DNA of 55,606 nt from Chitinophagaceae bacterium (lineage in GTDB: Bacteria; Bacteroidota; Bacteroidia; Chitinophagales; Chitinophagaceae), in assembly GCA_024643625.1 (NCBI GenBank), contig JAHEMO010000001.1:1-55606 (forward strand), in the 5' to 3' direction. The notes under the pieces are model-generated. The model made no database searches. It saw nothing but the letters and a program-made list of their open reading frames with translations, and was not told where the DNA came from. Every line of letters begins with the position of its first letter. Positions within the stretch are counted from its first letter, which is position 1. The translations under genes and the position numbers were made by a program. Positions 1-9,673 of this stretch are shown here, in pieces.

Positions 1-2210
1 TGTAAAAATGATTCGAGATTAGTATCGCCATATTGCAGCGATGCCTGTACCAGATCGGTAAATGCCATAACGAATGCTGCATGCTGCGCATGATTGCCCA
101 GTTCAAATAACATGATAAGCTGATGGACCAATTCATTTACCGGCAGGCCACTCAGTTGTCTGCTTTCTTGTAGGAGCCATGGCGGTAGATGAGAGGTTTC
201 GTAATTGCCTGCAAATAGTTCATGATCAACATTGGCATGGTGTTGTAGTAGCCCGTAGCAATAGTTCATTTCGGCCCAGGCAAGTGTGTCATTAGCGTAC
301 ATCAGCCAGCGCATACAAGCCAGCAATAATTTTACAGCGAGATTAGATTGTAGCTGCAGCGCTTCGCCACTCATAATATTATACTGCATACCCGATTGCC
401 GCTGACTATCTATCAGGTATTCCACCACCATTTTGGCTTCATCATTCTTGCGGGTTAGTATGGCTATATCGCCGGGCGAAAATCCTTCCCGAAGTAATCC
501 GTCCACCGTTTGCTGCAATTGCTGCAATACCTGATCGCAGTAATTCAGTTCTTCATCTTTTGGTAAAAATGAAATTTGCACATAGCCATTATCCGGTGCA
601 GTGTCGGGTGTTTGCTGATAGCTGTCGGCGTAGGCACGGTTGAAAATGGTATCGTACCCTTTGGCTGCCAGGCCTTGTTGTACATGGTTTTGCGCCGATT
701 GCATCATGGTATTCAGTGCATCCTGCAGCAATTGCGGGGCCAGATGAAAAAGCAGGTTGTTGAAAGCAATAACCTGTTTGCTGCTGCGATAATTTTCCTG
801 CAGTGTTTTTTCCTGCGGATGAAAGGGAGCGAGGTCTTTTGCTACCTCTTCCAGCAATAAACGCCAGTCGCCATTGCGCCATCGGTAGATGGCTTGCTTT
901 ACATCGCCCACCATCATATTGTAATGGCCGCCCGACAATGATTCTTCAATCAGGGGTTTAAAATTTCCCCATTGAAAACGACTGGTATCCTGAAATTCAT
1001 CGATGAGATAGTGTTGGTATTGCTGTCCGGTTTTTTCATAAATAAAAGGTACGGTAGCATCTTGCGTAAGCCTGCGCAATAGGGCATGTATGTCCGTCAT
1101 CAACAAGGCATTTTCTTCCGATCGGTACGCGCTTAATTGTTCGGATAATATTTTTACAAGCCGGAGGGTGTCAAGTTTTTTGGTAATGGCTAGTGCTGTA
1201 TTGTAAGGGGCAATATCTTCTTCATACCATACTTGCAATTGTGCTAAGGCGCCAATGAATTCTTTTTCAATTTCACCAACCCTTGCGGCACGTTCTGCCG
1301 GAATACCTTTTTTTACAAACGGTTTTTCGCCACTGATTACCTTAAGCGCTGTGGCGGTAAGTGATGGTAATTCTCCACTAATGATTTTTGTAAAAGGACC
1401 AATAAATCCGCTTCCTGAATTAAAGAGATCTTCTTTCTCAATATGGCGATCCTTCATCAATTTGGCAATGCTGTCGCATAGCCGCTGCCATTTGGCTTCA
1501 ATTGATTTGATGGTACCCATGGCATCATCGCGCATGGCCGTGAATGCCTCACTTATTTCCGCATCCGTCTTGCCTGCCAACGAGCTTTCAAAAGCCTGGT
1601 ATTGTTCTTTGAATATCTCATCCGAGAGGTCCATGAGCGATTGCCTGGGATTCCATGACTTATCGGCCTCCAAACGTTCCTTAGCCATGGTTACCATCCA
1701 TTGCAGCAGCGCATCATTATGATCCAGTTGGTTGTACAATTTATTTGTCAGCGCTTCTTTTACCGGGTCTACTGCCAGTTGAAGTTTAAAGCCGCCATCT
1801 ATGCCCAGTTCCCAGGCAAAGGCACGTATGATGCGTTGCACAAATGCATCGATAGTACTGATGCTGAAACGTGAATAGTCGTGCAGGATCTGACTGTAGC
1901 AATCGCTGGCTAATGTGGTGAGGGCATCTTCGTCAATGCCGGATAATTCCTGTATCAATTGAATGCGATAGTGTTGTATTTGCGGGCTCTTATCATTGGT
2001 GGCCAGGGCACGCATTACCTGCACAATGCGTTCCTTCATTTCGGCGGTAGCCTTATTGGTAAAGGTTACGGCTTGTATAGCGCTGAATGCCCGTGGATGC
2101 CTGAGGGCAAGCTTCAGATAATTTAAGGTAAGCCGGAAAGTTTTGCCGCTGCCGGCAGAAGCTTTGTAGATGTCGGGGTTTGGGTTGGAAAAAGGGGCTG
2201 AGTATTGCAT
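1..2210 (-). CDS. UvrD-family ATP-dependent helicase/nuclease (AddA/RecB-like), 3' part outside window
   Basis: Manual translation from ATG at 2210: MQYSAPFSNPNPDIYKASAGSGKTFRLTLNYLKLAL...AVTFTNKATAEMKERI (Walker A, motif Ia), later YLIDEFQDT and VGDVKQAIYRWR motifs. Absent from the ORF track because it runs off the edge. Confidence 0.92.
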   Translation of the reverse strand, partial: MQYSAPFSNPNPDIYKASAGSGKTFRLTLNYLKLALRHPRAFSAIQAVTFTNKATAEMKERIVQVMRALATNDKSPQIQHYRIQLIQELSGIDEDALTTLASDCYSQILHDYSRFSISTIDAFVQRIIRAFAWELGIDGGFKLQLAVDPVKEALTNKLYNQLDHNDALLQWMVTMAKERLEADKSWNPRQSLMDLSDEIFKEQYQAFESSLAGKTDAEISEAFTAMRDDAMGTIKSIEAKWQRLCDSIAKLMKDRHIEKEDLFNSGSGFIGPFTKIISGELPSLTATALKVISGEKPFVKKGIPAERAARVGEIEKEFIGALAQLQVWYEEDIAPYNTALAITKKLDTLRLVKILSEQLSAYRSEENALLMTDIHALLRRLTQDATVPFIYEKTGQQYQHYLIDEFQDTSRFQWGNFKPLIEESLSGGHYNMMVGDVKQAIYRWRNGDWRLLLEEVAKDLAPFHPQEKTLQENYRSSKQVIAFNNLLFHLAPQLLQDALNTMMQSAQNHVQQGLAAKGYDTIFNRAYADSYQQTPDTAPDNGYVQISFLPKDEELNYCDQVLQQLQQTVDGLLREGFSPGDIAILTRKNDEAKMVVEYLIDSQRQSGMQYNIMSGEALQLQSNLAVKLLLACMRWLMYANDTLAWAEMNYCYGLLQHHANVDHELFAGNYETSHLPPWLLQESRQLSGLPVNELVHQLIMLFELGNHAQHAAFVMAFTDLVQASLQYGDTNLESFL

Positions 2211-2495
2211 GGGTTAAAAGTAGGGAATGCGCCGGTTTGCCGGGGTAAGCCATCAGATTTTGTTTCCCTGCGCATCTGTTATTTACATTGCTTGATGTGG
2301 ATGTATATGTGAGATTTTTGCGCCCTGAAACAAGTTGTGACTAGTGGCAAGTAAATATTGATACCGGGTATTATCTGTAGCCTGTTATATTTATCATGTA
2401 GGGAAAATAGGGGCACCGCAGTATTGGCATAATGAACCGGAAACATTGAACCGAAAAATGACGATCATATTGTACCCGGAAACTATTATTCAATT

Positions 2496-4379
2496 ATGGC
2501 AGTTGTAAAACAAAGCACAGTCTTTGTCCAACAGGCTTGGGGCAAATTGAAACTGAAAAAAGTGGCTGTACAAATAAAGATTTTCCTTTTTGGGCTTTTG
2601 TTTATAGTTATGGCTGCTAAGGCGTATAGCCAGACCGACGAAGGCTTACAATCTTTACGCAACAAATTAGCCGTGGCCGAGGAAGATTCCTTCAAATGTA
2701 TTTTGCTTAACGATTTGGGAAGGTATTTCCGAAATAAAGATGCCGCAAAGAGTTTGGCTTACAGTGAAGAAGCCGCTGCATTGGCCCATAAGTTGCAATG
2801 GAAAAGAGGCATGATGCTGAGCCTGATTGAAGTGGCATGGGCCAATATTTACAAAGGTGATTTTCCGGCCGCCATGACCGCTTCACTTGAGGCACAGAAG
2901 TTAATGGACGGCAGCAACGACACTGAACTCATGTGGCAGCTGGATTTTGTTCTCGGCGAATTATTCAGAAGGATAGGTAATCAAGAGTTGTCGCTTGCAT
3001 ACAATCAAAAATGTCTGGCGTTGGCTAAGTCAATGTACAATGATCAAATGACGTTGACATCCACCCTTGCACTGGTGGTGAATTATTATTATGAGCAAAA
3101 TTGGTTGGCGGGAGATACACTGCTGAAAGAAGGATTTAGTCTGGCTATCCGGCTAAATGATACGATGGCACAGGCAAGAATATTTGAGTTGCAGGCCGGA
3201 AGTCATTTATACAAAGGGAATTTGGTAGAAGCAAGGGATGATTTCCTGAAAGTGTTGTCTTTGTTGGAGAATACGCAGGCCCATCACAATATAGCCTTTG
3301 CCTATTCGCAGCTGGCGGGGATATATAATGCGCTGCACAATAGGGACAGTGCAATGCTTTATGCGAATACAGCCTTGCAAACTGCAGAAACCTTTCAACT
3401 AAAAAAGGAATTATATGACGCACATATTGCATGGTTTCAAATAGACACTACATACAGCAATTATAAAAGTGCTGTGGTACATTATCTGAAAGCGGATTCG
3501 CTTTGGCGGTCTGATTTTAATATGGAGTCGGCAAAGCTTATCCAGGTAGCATTGTCTGATTTTGCACAGGAAAAAAAGGATGCGCAAGTAAAACTTGAGC
3601 TCGACAGACAAAGGTTTATCCGGAACCTCATTGTCGGCGGTCTTGCGATAGCGTTGATCTTATTGGCAGTAATATTCAATCAGCGGCAAAAGATGAAGCA
3701 TACTAGCGAGCAATTAAGGATATCGCTGATGGAGAAAGAGGCACTGCTCCGTGAAATTCATCACAGGGTAAAAAACAACCTTGAGGTAATAAGCAGCTTG
3801 CTGACTTTGCAAACCAGAAACATGACGGATGAAACGGGGAAGGCTGCGCTTGCCGAAGGCCAAAGCCGGGTGCAATCCATTGCCCTTATCCATCATAAAC
3901 TGTACCGGACCGACGATTTGGGATTAGTAGAACTGCATGGCTTTGTCAAAGACCTGTTTAAGCAGGTAAAGGATGTTTTTAATACACCTGAAACGCAAGT
4001 TGATTTGACAATAAATGATGGGGAATTATGGTTGAGCACAGAAGCATCGGTGCCTTTCGGTTTAATTTTAAATGAGCTGTTCACTAATATATTTAAATAT
4101 GCCGTGCAGCCCGGGAGGTTGAACACCATCAATGTTTCGCTGCAGGAAGCCATCAGGCATGATGCTGTTGATTATCATTTCATTTGTCGCGATAACGGTC
4201 CAGGATTGCCTATAGATTTCGATCCGGAAAAATCAATGTCGATGGGTATGAAAGTGATTCGGTTGCTTACGCGTCAATTACATGGAAGGTCAGATTTTTA
4301 TAATGATGAGGGCATGGTTTTTGAGTTGTTTTTTTCAAGAAAAGGTAGTGGACATAAAGGGCCGGAGAGTAATGATTGA
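2496..4379 (+). CDS. Membrane sensor histidine kinase, periplasmic TPR-like sensor + HisKA_2/HATPase
   Basis: N-terminal hydrophobic signal, helical TPR-like repeats, one TM segment, then LLREIHHRVKNNL (HisKA_2 H-box), NELFTNIFKYA (N-box), DNGPG (G1). True start may be slightly downstream. Confidence 0.9.
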   Translation: MAVVKQSTVFVQQAWGKLKLKKVAVQIKIFLFGLLFIVMAAKAYSQTDEGLQSLRNKLAVAEEDSFKCILLNDLGRYFRNKDAAKSLAYSEEAAALAHKLQWKRGMMLSLIEVAWANIYKGDFPAAMTASLEAQKLMDGSNDTELMWQLDFVLGELFRRIGNQELSLAYNQKCLALAKSMYNDQMTLTSTLALVVNYYYEQNWLAGDTLLKEGFSLAIRLNDTMAQARIFELQAGSHLYKGNLVEARDDFLKVLSLLENTQAHHNIAFAYSQLAGIYNALHNRDSAMLYANTALQTAETFQLKKELYDAHIAWFQIDTTYSNYKSAVVHYLKADSLWRSDFNMESAKLIQVALSDFAQEKKDAQVKLELDRQRFIRNLIVGGLAIALILLAVIFNQRQKMKHTSEQLRISLMEKEALLREIHHRVKNNLEVISSLLTLQTRNMTDETGKAALAEGQSRVQSIALIHHKLYRTDDLGLVELHGFVKDLFKQVKDVFNTPETQVDLTINDGELWLSTEASVPFGLILNELFTNIFKYAVQPGRLNTINVSLQEAIRHDAVDYHFICRDNGPGLPIDFDPEKSMSMGMKVIRLLTRQLHGRSDFYNDEGMVFELFFSRKGSGHKGPESND

Positions 4380-4420
4380 GGAAGGTTGTAACAGTGAAAG
4401 GCTTTGTTGCAGCAGCACAG

Positions 4421-4556
4421 CAAGGTTGCGACTTGGTCTTGTAAAATTGAGAGCAAGCTTCACAAAATTTAAGGTACGCAGGAAGGTTTTGTCACTGCCG
4501 GCAGAAGCGCGGGAAAGGTTGATTTTGACGCGGGCTTTCAGGGTAGTGGGGCTCAT
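4421..4556 (-). pseudogene. Degenerate duplicate of the 5' end of the UvrD/AddA helicase gene
   Basis: 4448-4508 aligns ungapped to 2102-2162 with 53/61 identities. Translation SRASAGSDKTFLRTLNFVKLAL vs YKASAGSGKTFRLTLNYLKLAL; Walker A G->D. Confidence 0.8.
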
Positions 4557-4895
4557 GGATTACAAATAAAGAGTGTCATGTTTAGGGTAAATAAATGAGT
4601 AACCGGCTGTGAAAAGGACGCAAACAAAAAGCTCATGAAGGCCGGAATGATTACCGTCTGCTCACGCTGGAAGAAGTAATAGTTTTGATGGCCGCAAATT
4701 GCCTGTCAAAACAACTATTCAATCCGCTAAAGAGGAAAATTCCTGACCTATAGCCATGGCTACATCCTGGCTGTTAGTCTGGGCTTTTAGTTTGTAAGCG
4801 GGAACTGCACTGCGCCTTCAGATTATCTGCCTTAGGTAATGGGTTTCCATTAAAATTTCTTTATATGTTATATTTGAAATAGCCTCAAACCGTGT

Positions 4896-7121
4896 ATGAA
4901 GAAATATTTGCTGGTAATTTTTTGCCTTACAACCCTTGTTATTTCTGGCCAGCCTGCGCCACCCAATAAGCAATTGGATAGCCTGATAAAAGCCAACCAG
5001 CAATACTTAAAGGAAGATGAACATAAGTTTAACCTGCTCTTGTCCATTATGGATGAGTATGCCAATGCAAACCGGGCGGAAGGCATAACCACAGGAAAAG
5101 AGGCCGTTGCGCTTGCAAAAAAGCTGAACAAATCGCTTGAAGCCGAGGCAAACCTGAGCCTGGGCACGGCCTATATTATACGGGATGATCGGGCCAATGC
5201 CAAAGGCGCATATCTGGAAGCGGAAAGGCTTTATCGTGAACTGAAAAACCTAAAAGGTGCGGCCGCAGCCCAACAGGGTCTTGGCAACACTTGTGCAGAT
5301 AAAAAGGAGGCACTGGTCTATTTCGAAAAAGCCTTGGCTACTTATAGCGAACTTAAAGACAAACGTGGCATGGCCGGCAATATGCAAAACATTGGCTTAG
5401 CCTATGTAACGCTGGGCAATAACACCAAAGCATTAGAACATCTGGAAAAGGGACTCGCCATTTTTACTGAAATAGACAACAAAGAAGGCATTGGGGGCTG
5501 CCTCGACAATATTGGGCTTGTCCATTCGGCAATGTCTAACTATCCGGCAGCTATTGATTGTCACCAAAAAGCAATTACCGTTTTTGAAGCAATGGGTAAC
5601 CTCAGGGGGACGGTACAAAATCTCAATAACATTGGTAACATTTTTATCGCTTTGGAAGATTATCCCAAAGCGCGGGATTATTACGAAAAAGCACTACATA
5701 TCTCTGAAGCACAAAATGACCGTTACGGCATTGCCATTCTGAATGGCAATATCGGTTTTCTCAATTCGGAAATGGAAGATTATCCAAAGGCGCTTGCCAA
5801 TTTTCAGCGAGCCTTTGCATTATTTGAGGAAATGAATATGGAAGCCAATATTGGTATGGTTTGGGGTAGTTTGGGAAAGGTTTATCTGGGCCTGAAAGAA
5901 TATGCCAAATCCTTTGATTATGCCAGAAAATCGCTTGCACTGTGTGAACAGTATGGTTTGAAAGAAGGCCGGGCCCAAAACCTGCAAACCATCAGTACGG
6001 CCTGCATCATGGCGGACGCCAAAGTACTGGCTGCTGCAGGTATTTCGCCTGCCAAACGTTATAGCATGGCGTTAGACTACGCCCAACAATCGTTGCAACT
6101 AAGCAAAGAAATGGGCAACATAAACATGCAAAAAGAGAACTGGTGGAACCTGAGCACATTGTACGAAAAGGAAGGTAAGCCGGTAAAAGCGCTCGATGCC
6201 TATAAGACCTATGTTAATTTGCGGGATAGCATCATAGGCCTCGATGCACAAAAGCAGATTACCCGCAACGAGATGCAGTTTGCATTTGAGAAAAAAGAAG
6301 CTACTGCCAGGGAGGAGCAAGAGAGGAAGGATGCCATTGCCCGGCAAGAAATTGCCCGGCAAAGGCTCATTCGCAACATCATCATGGCAGGGCTTGCAGT
6401 GGCACTGATATTACTGACTATTATTTACCAACAGCGGCAAAGGGTAAAACAAACTACGGCGCAATTGAAGGTGTCACTTACTGAAAAAGAAGCGCTGCTT
6501 CGCGAAATTCATCACCGGGTAAAGAATAATCTTGAAGTTATCAGCAGCCTGCTCACCTTGCAAACCAGGAACATGACGGATGAATCGGGGAAATCAGCAC
6601 TTGCTGAGGGCCAAAGCCGGGTGCAATCCATTGCCCTTATCCATCATAAGTTGTACAGGACCGATGATTTGGGTTCGGTAGAGCTTCATGACTTTGTTCA
6701 AGACCTGTTCAAACAAGTAAAGGATGTGTTCAATGAACCAGGAATGGTTGTCAATCTTGAATTGAATGATACGGAAGTATGGCTGAGCACAGAAGCTTCC
6801 ATTCCGTTCGGCCTTATTTTGAACGAGCTTTTTACCAACATCTTTAAATACGCTGTACAAGCGGGGCGGGAGAATATTATTAAGGTTTTAATAGCGGAAA
6901 CTGCATCCAATGATATAGTAGAATATCATATTGTTTGTCGCGATAACGGCCCCGGAATGCCTGACTCCTTCGAACCCCAAAAATCTACCTCTATGGGCAT
7001 GAAGGTAATCCAGTTGCTCACCCGGCAGTTGAAGGGTCAGTCGAGGTTTTACAATGATGGTGGGTTGGTATTTGATTTGCAGTTTTCGAGGAAACAAGGA
7101 CCATTAACGCCGGGCATCTAA
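4896..7121 (+). CDS. Membrane sensor histidine kinase, multi-TPR sensor + HisKA_2/HATPase (paralog of 2496..4379)
   Basis: Signal peptide, canonical TPRs (NIGxxY...A..Y.EKAL), TM, EIHHRVKNNL, NELFTN, DNGPG. Kinase domain highly similar to the upstream kinase. Confidence 0.92.
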   Translation: MKKYLLVIFCLTTLVISGQPAPPNKQLDSLIKANQQYLKEDEHKFNLLLSIMDEYANANRAEGITTGKEAVALAKKLNKSLEAEANLSLGTAYIIRDDRANAKGAYLEAERLYRELKNLKGAAAAQQGLGNTCADKKEALVYFEKALATYSELKDKRGMAGNMQNIGLAYVTLGNNTKALEHLEKGLAIFTEIDNKEGIGGCLDNIGLVHSAMSNYPAAIDCHQKAITVFEAMGNLRGTVQNLNNIGNIFIALEDYPKARDYYEKALHISEAQNDRYGIAILNGNIGFLNSEMEDYPKALANFQRAFALFEEMNMEANIGMVWGSLGKVYLGLKEYAKSFDYARKSLALCEQYGLKEGRAQNLQTISTACIMADAKVLAAAGISPAKRYSMALDYAQQSLQLSKEMGNINMQKENWWNLSTLYEKEGKPVKALDAYKTYVNLRDSIIGLDAQKQITRNEMQFAFEKKEATAREEQERKDAIARQEIARQRLIRNIIMAGLAVALILLTIIYQQRQRVKQTTAQLKVSLTEKEALLREIHHRVKNNLEVISSLLTLQTRNMTDESGKSALAEGQSRVQSIALIHHKLYRTDDLGSVELHDFVQDLFKQVKDVFNEPGMVVNLELNDTEVWLSTEASIPFGLILNELFTNIFKYAVQAGRENIIKVLIAETASNDIVEYHIVCRDNGPGMPDSFEPQKSTSMGMKVIQLLTRQLKGQSRFYNDGGLVFDLQFSRKQGPLTPGI

Positions 7122-7310
7122 CGCCAACAGTTGAGCATGCTTTTTATCTGATAGGGAACTTTGAACGCTTTTGACCTATGAAAATTTTGGCGACCATTGC
7201 AAGACAAAGCCCTTCAAACTTTCGTCCAAAGGGCCTTGCAGTAAGGTTTGGGGCCTATAAAGTACACCACCTGCTACCATTTATTTTTTTAGAAGCAGCC
7301 GGTAACATTG

Positions 7311-7850
7311 CTACTTGCAGTAAACTATCATATAGCCGCCGGGAACGGAGCCATTGACTTGTTTTTGTGCAATGCAATAATTGCTTTTTCCATAGCTGTT
7401 TTGACAGGTATTTGTCACCACTGTCCATCCTTGTACCAACGCACCATAACAAACAAGCGTCGCGTTCAAGCGGTCATCATTAGTTTGGAGGCTCGTGGTG
7501 CTTGCACCCATGTTGGCCTGCAGATTAGTAGCGTTATTCTCTTCCACCACAAATTGGCTGTATTTCACCGCAGCTCCCTGTATGGAGGTCAGGGCTGAAT
7601 AGTTCAGCGCCTTGTCCAGCAAGTCCATTTTTACCCCGGCAAATTCGCCCTGCTCATTTCTTTCCAGCGCTTCTTCGGGCACAAGGGCTTCCTGTACAAT
7701 TATTTTTTGGTCGGATATGGTGGTAGCTATCCAATACGCTTTGTAAGTTTTTTGGGTTGGATTTTCACCATTGATTTCGCCGGAATTTGCAAACATGGCA
7801 AGCGGGCTGAGCGCTAAAATGGCAATCAGATTGAGGATGTTTTTTTTCAT
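7311..7850 (-). CDS. Hypothetical secreted protein with 4-Cys C-terminal domain
   Basis: 179 aa ORF, Sec-type signal MKKNILNLIAILALSPLAMFA, A-rich translation initiation region, four Cys in the last ~46 aa. Confidence 0.8.
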   Translation of the reverse strand: MKKNILNLIAILALSPLAMFANSGEINGENPTQKTYKAYWIATTISDQKIIVQEALVPEEALERNEQGEFAGVKMDLLDKALNYSALTSIQGAAVKYSQFVVEENNATNLQANMGASTTSLQTNDDRLNATLVCYGALVQGWTVVTNTCQNSYGKSNYCIAQKQVNGSVPGGYMIVYCK

Positions 7851-7909
7851 TTTTTTGATTTTTGAAGTGATTAATTGAGCAGCAATAATTAAATCCTAAT
7901 TGCTTGACA

Positions 7910-7976
7910 CAAATTTGTGAAGTCATAAAGGGCAGTCAAAAAAAGAGTGACGAATGCCAACCTGCCAGTGACAGAT
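7910..7976 (-). promoter_or_regulatory. Bacteroidota sigma70-like promoter with upstream LytTR-type direct repeat
   Basis: Minus strand: TTTG (7940-7937), 19 nt, CAAATTTG (7917-7910), close to the TTTG-N19-21-TAnnTTTG consensus. Plus-strand AGTGACGAAT (7946) and AGTGACAGAT (7967) are 21 nt apart, just upstream of -33. Confidence 0.6.
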
Positions 7977-8162
7977 TTATGGTGAACACCTCCTCAGCGG
8001 CATTTTTTGCCTGGTTTACCTGGTTGTAAGGGGGTATGGCAAGGATTTCGTTCTTAGAAATTTCATCCAAACGTATATTGCTTCATAAACATCAGGGGTT
8101 GGCCAACTTTATTCCTCTTTTTCCGGGAATGGCGCAAAGGCTGCCGACCGACAACCATTGAT

Positions 8163-8894
8163 TTGCGTATGAAACAGGAGATTTCTATTGGCATTGTAGA
8201 GGATGAATTATTGATAGCTGAAAAGATCAATATGATTCTCAGCGATATCGGATACACAGTGTTCGAGCCGGCAAGCAGTTACAAGGAAGCCCTCAGTTTG
8301 ATTGAAAAGGAAAAGCCTGATTTGCTGATATTAGACATCAACCTGGGAGAAGACAAGGACGGTATAGATATTGCCCAAAAGATCAACACAACCTACTTCC
8401 TGCCCTTTATTTTTCTGACTGCCAACAGCGACCGGGCAACCCTGGAGCGTGCAAAATCAGTAAGACCCTACGCCTATCTCGTGAAGCCCTTCACTAAAGA
8501 AGAACTATTTACTGCTATTGAAATTGCCGTCAATAATTTCAATGCCTTCAAAGCACTGCCCGACACCGGCCCGGGGCCCGATTATGTTTTCATTCGCGAT
8601 GGTCATCGTTATATAAAAATTGTATTTAGCGACATCACATTTATTGAGAGCCGGGAAAACTATGTGCTTATTCATACCAAAGAAAAAAAACAGGTAAGCC
8701 ATCGCTCTACATTCTCAGATTTTATGGAGCAGTTGCCTGTTGCTGATTTTATAAGGGTACATAGAAGTTTTGCCGTACGGACAAATTGTATCGACCATAT
8801 AGATCAGAACAGAGTATCGATTGGTGAGGTAGAAATTCCGATCAGCCAATCTTACAAGGAGGCATTATTTGCTCATCTTAATATCAGGCAGTAG
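8163..8894 (+). CDS. Response regulator, REC + LytTR DNA-binding domain
   Basis: IVEDE, LDINL (phospho-Asp), YLVKPF; C-terminal FIRVHRSFAV LytTR motif. ATG alternative at 8169. Confidence 0.95.
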   Translation: MRMKQEISIGIVEDELLIAEKINMILSDIGYTVFEPASSYKEALSLIEKEKPDLLILDINLGEDKDGIDIAQKINTTYFLPFIFLTANSDRATLERAKSVRPYAYLVKPFTKEELFTAIEIAVNNFNAFKALPDTGPGPDYVFIRDGHRYIKIVFSDITFIESRENYVLIHTKEKKQVSHRSTFSDFMEQLPVADFIRVHRSFAVRTNCIDHIDQNRVSIGEVEIPISQSYKEALFAHLNIRQ

Positions 8895-8936
8895 ACTCTT
8901 AAAGTAAGAAACCCCTGACGACATCTTACCATGGGC

Positions 8937-9482
8937 TTAGCAGCCTTCGTACATGGATACCATAAAAGCATATAGCTTATTATTGAAAAAATACATGGTG
9001 AGCATAGTGCCGTTATTGCTATCCATGAGGTGTATGATACTGTATCGTTTGTCTTTTCCCTCCTCCTTTCGCCAATCGGGCATTACTTCGAGATAATAGC
9101 CATCCAGTTTTTTTACTACATCAAATTTATCGCTGCCCATGCCAATGCCGCTGGGTGTACGTGCCCGGGCATCTTCAGTGTACATGCTGTATACCGCTTG
9201 CTGGCTGGGCTTGTCTTCCTGCCACAGTTCGTATACTTCAAACAGAAGAACATAATCGCCAACCTTGCTGGTGAACGACAGCATACCCCACTCGCTGCTG
9301 TCCATTGTAGCGGGCACCACAATATTTTTTGCGGCCAGTTGGCTAATGGGGGTATTAATGCTAATGCCTGCCATGCCGGTGCTGGTAACGCGCAGGCTAT
9401 CCTGTGCTGGCGATGCAGATGTGAGGGCCAATATTATAGAGGGTATTAAGAACAGGCGATAAAGGCTTCTAATGCTAGTCAT
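8937..9482 (-). CDS. Hypothetical exported protein
   Basis: ORF track 8937..9572; a signal-peptide-like N-terminus (MTSIRSLYRLFLIPSIILALTSASPAQ) favours ATG 9482. Confidence 0.65.
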   Translation of the reverse strand: MTSIRSLYRLFLIPSIILALTSASPAQDSLRVTSTGMAGISINTPISQLAAKNIVVPATMDSSEWGMLSFTSKVGDYVLLFEVYELWQEDKPSQQAVYSMYTEDARARTPSGIGMGSDKFDVVKKLDGYYLEVMPDWRKEEGKDKRYSIIHLMDSNNGTMLTMYFFNNKLYAFMVSMYEGC

Positions 9483-9673
9483 AAGCGTTGCGGCGTTTCT
9501 TTTTGCAGCCATTTTGCGGCATAAGGTAGTTTGTGTTTGCCGCTTGTAAAAAAATTCCCTTGGTTTTATCAATTGGCAAACAATAGTTGCGGGGCGATGT
9601 CGTTTTTTTGAGCTGCCAGCCTATTTCAAAAACAGCGCAATGCGTTGTGTTTTCTTATTGATGATATAACCAA

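Noticed and set aside
2431-2484. Short repeats TGAACCG(G/A)AA upstream of kinase 1, and GCAATTGAAA twice at 18455/18478
   Set aside because: Too short or irregular to support as binding sites without comparative data.
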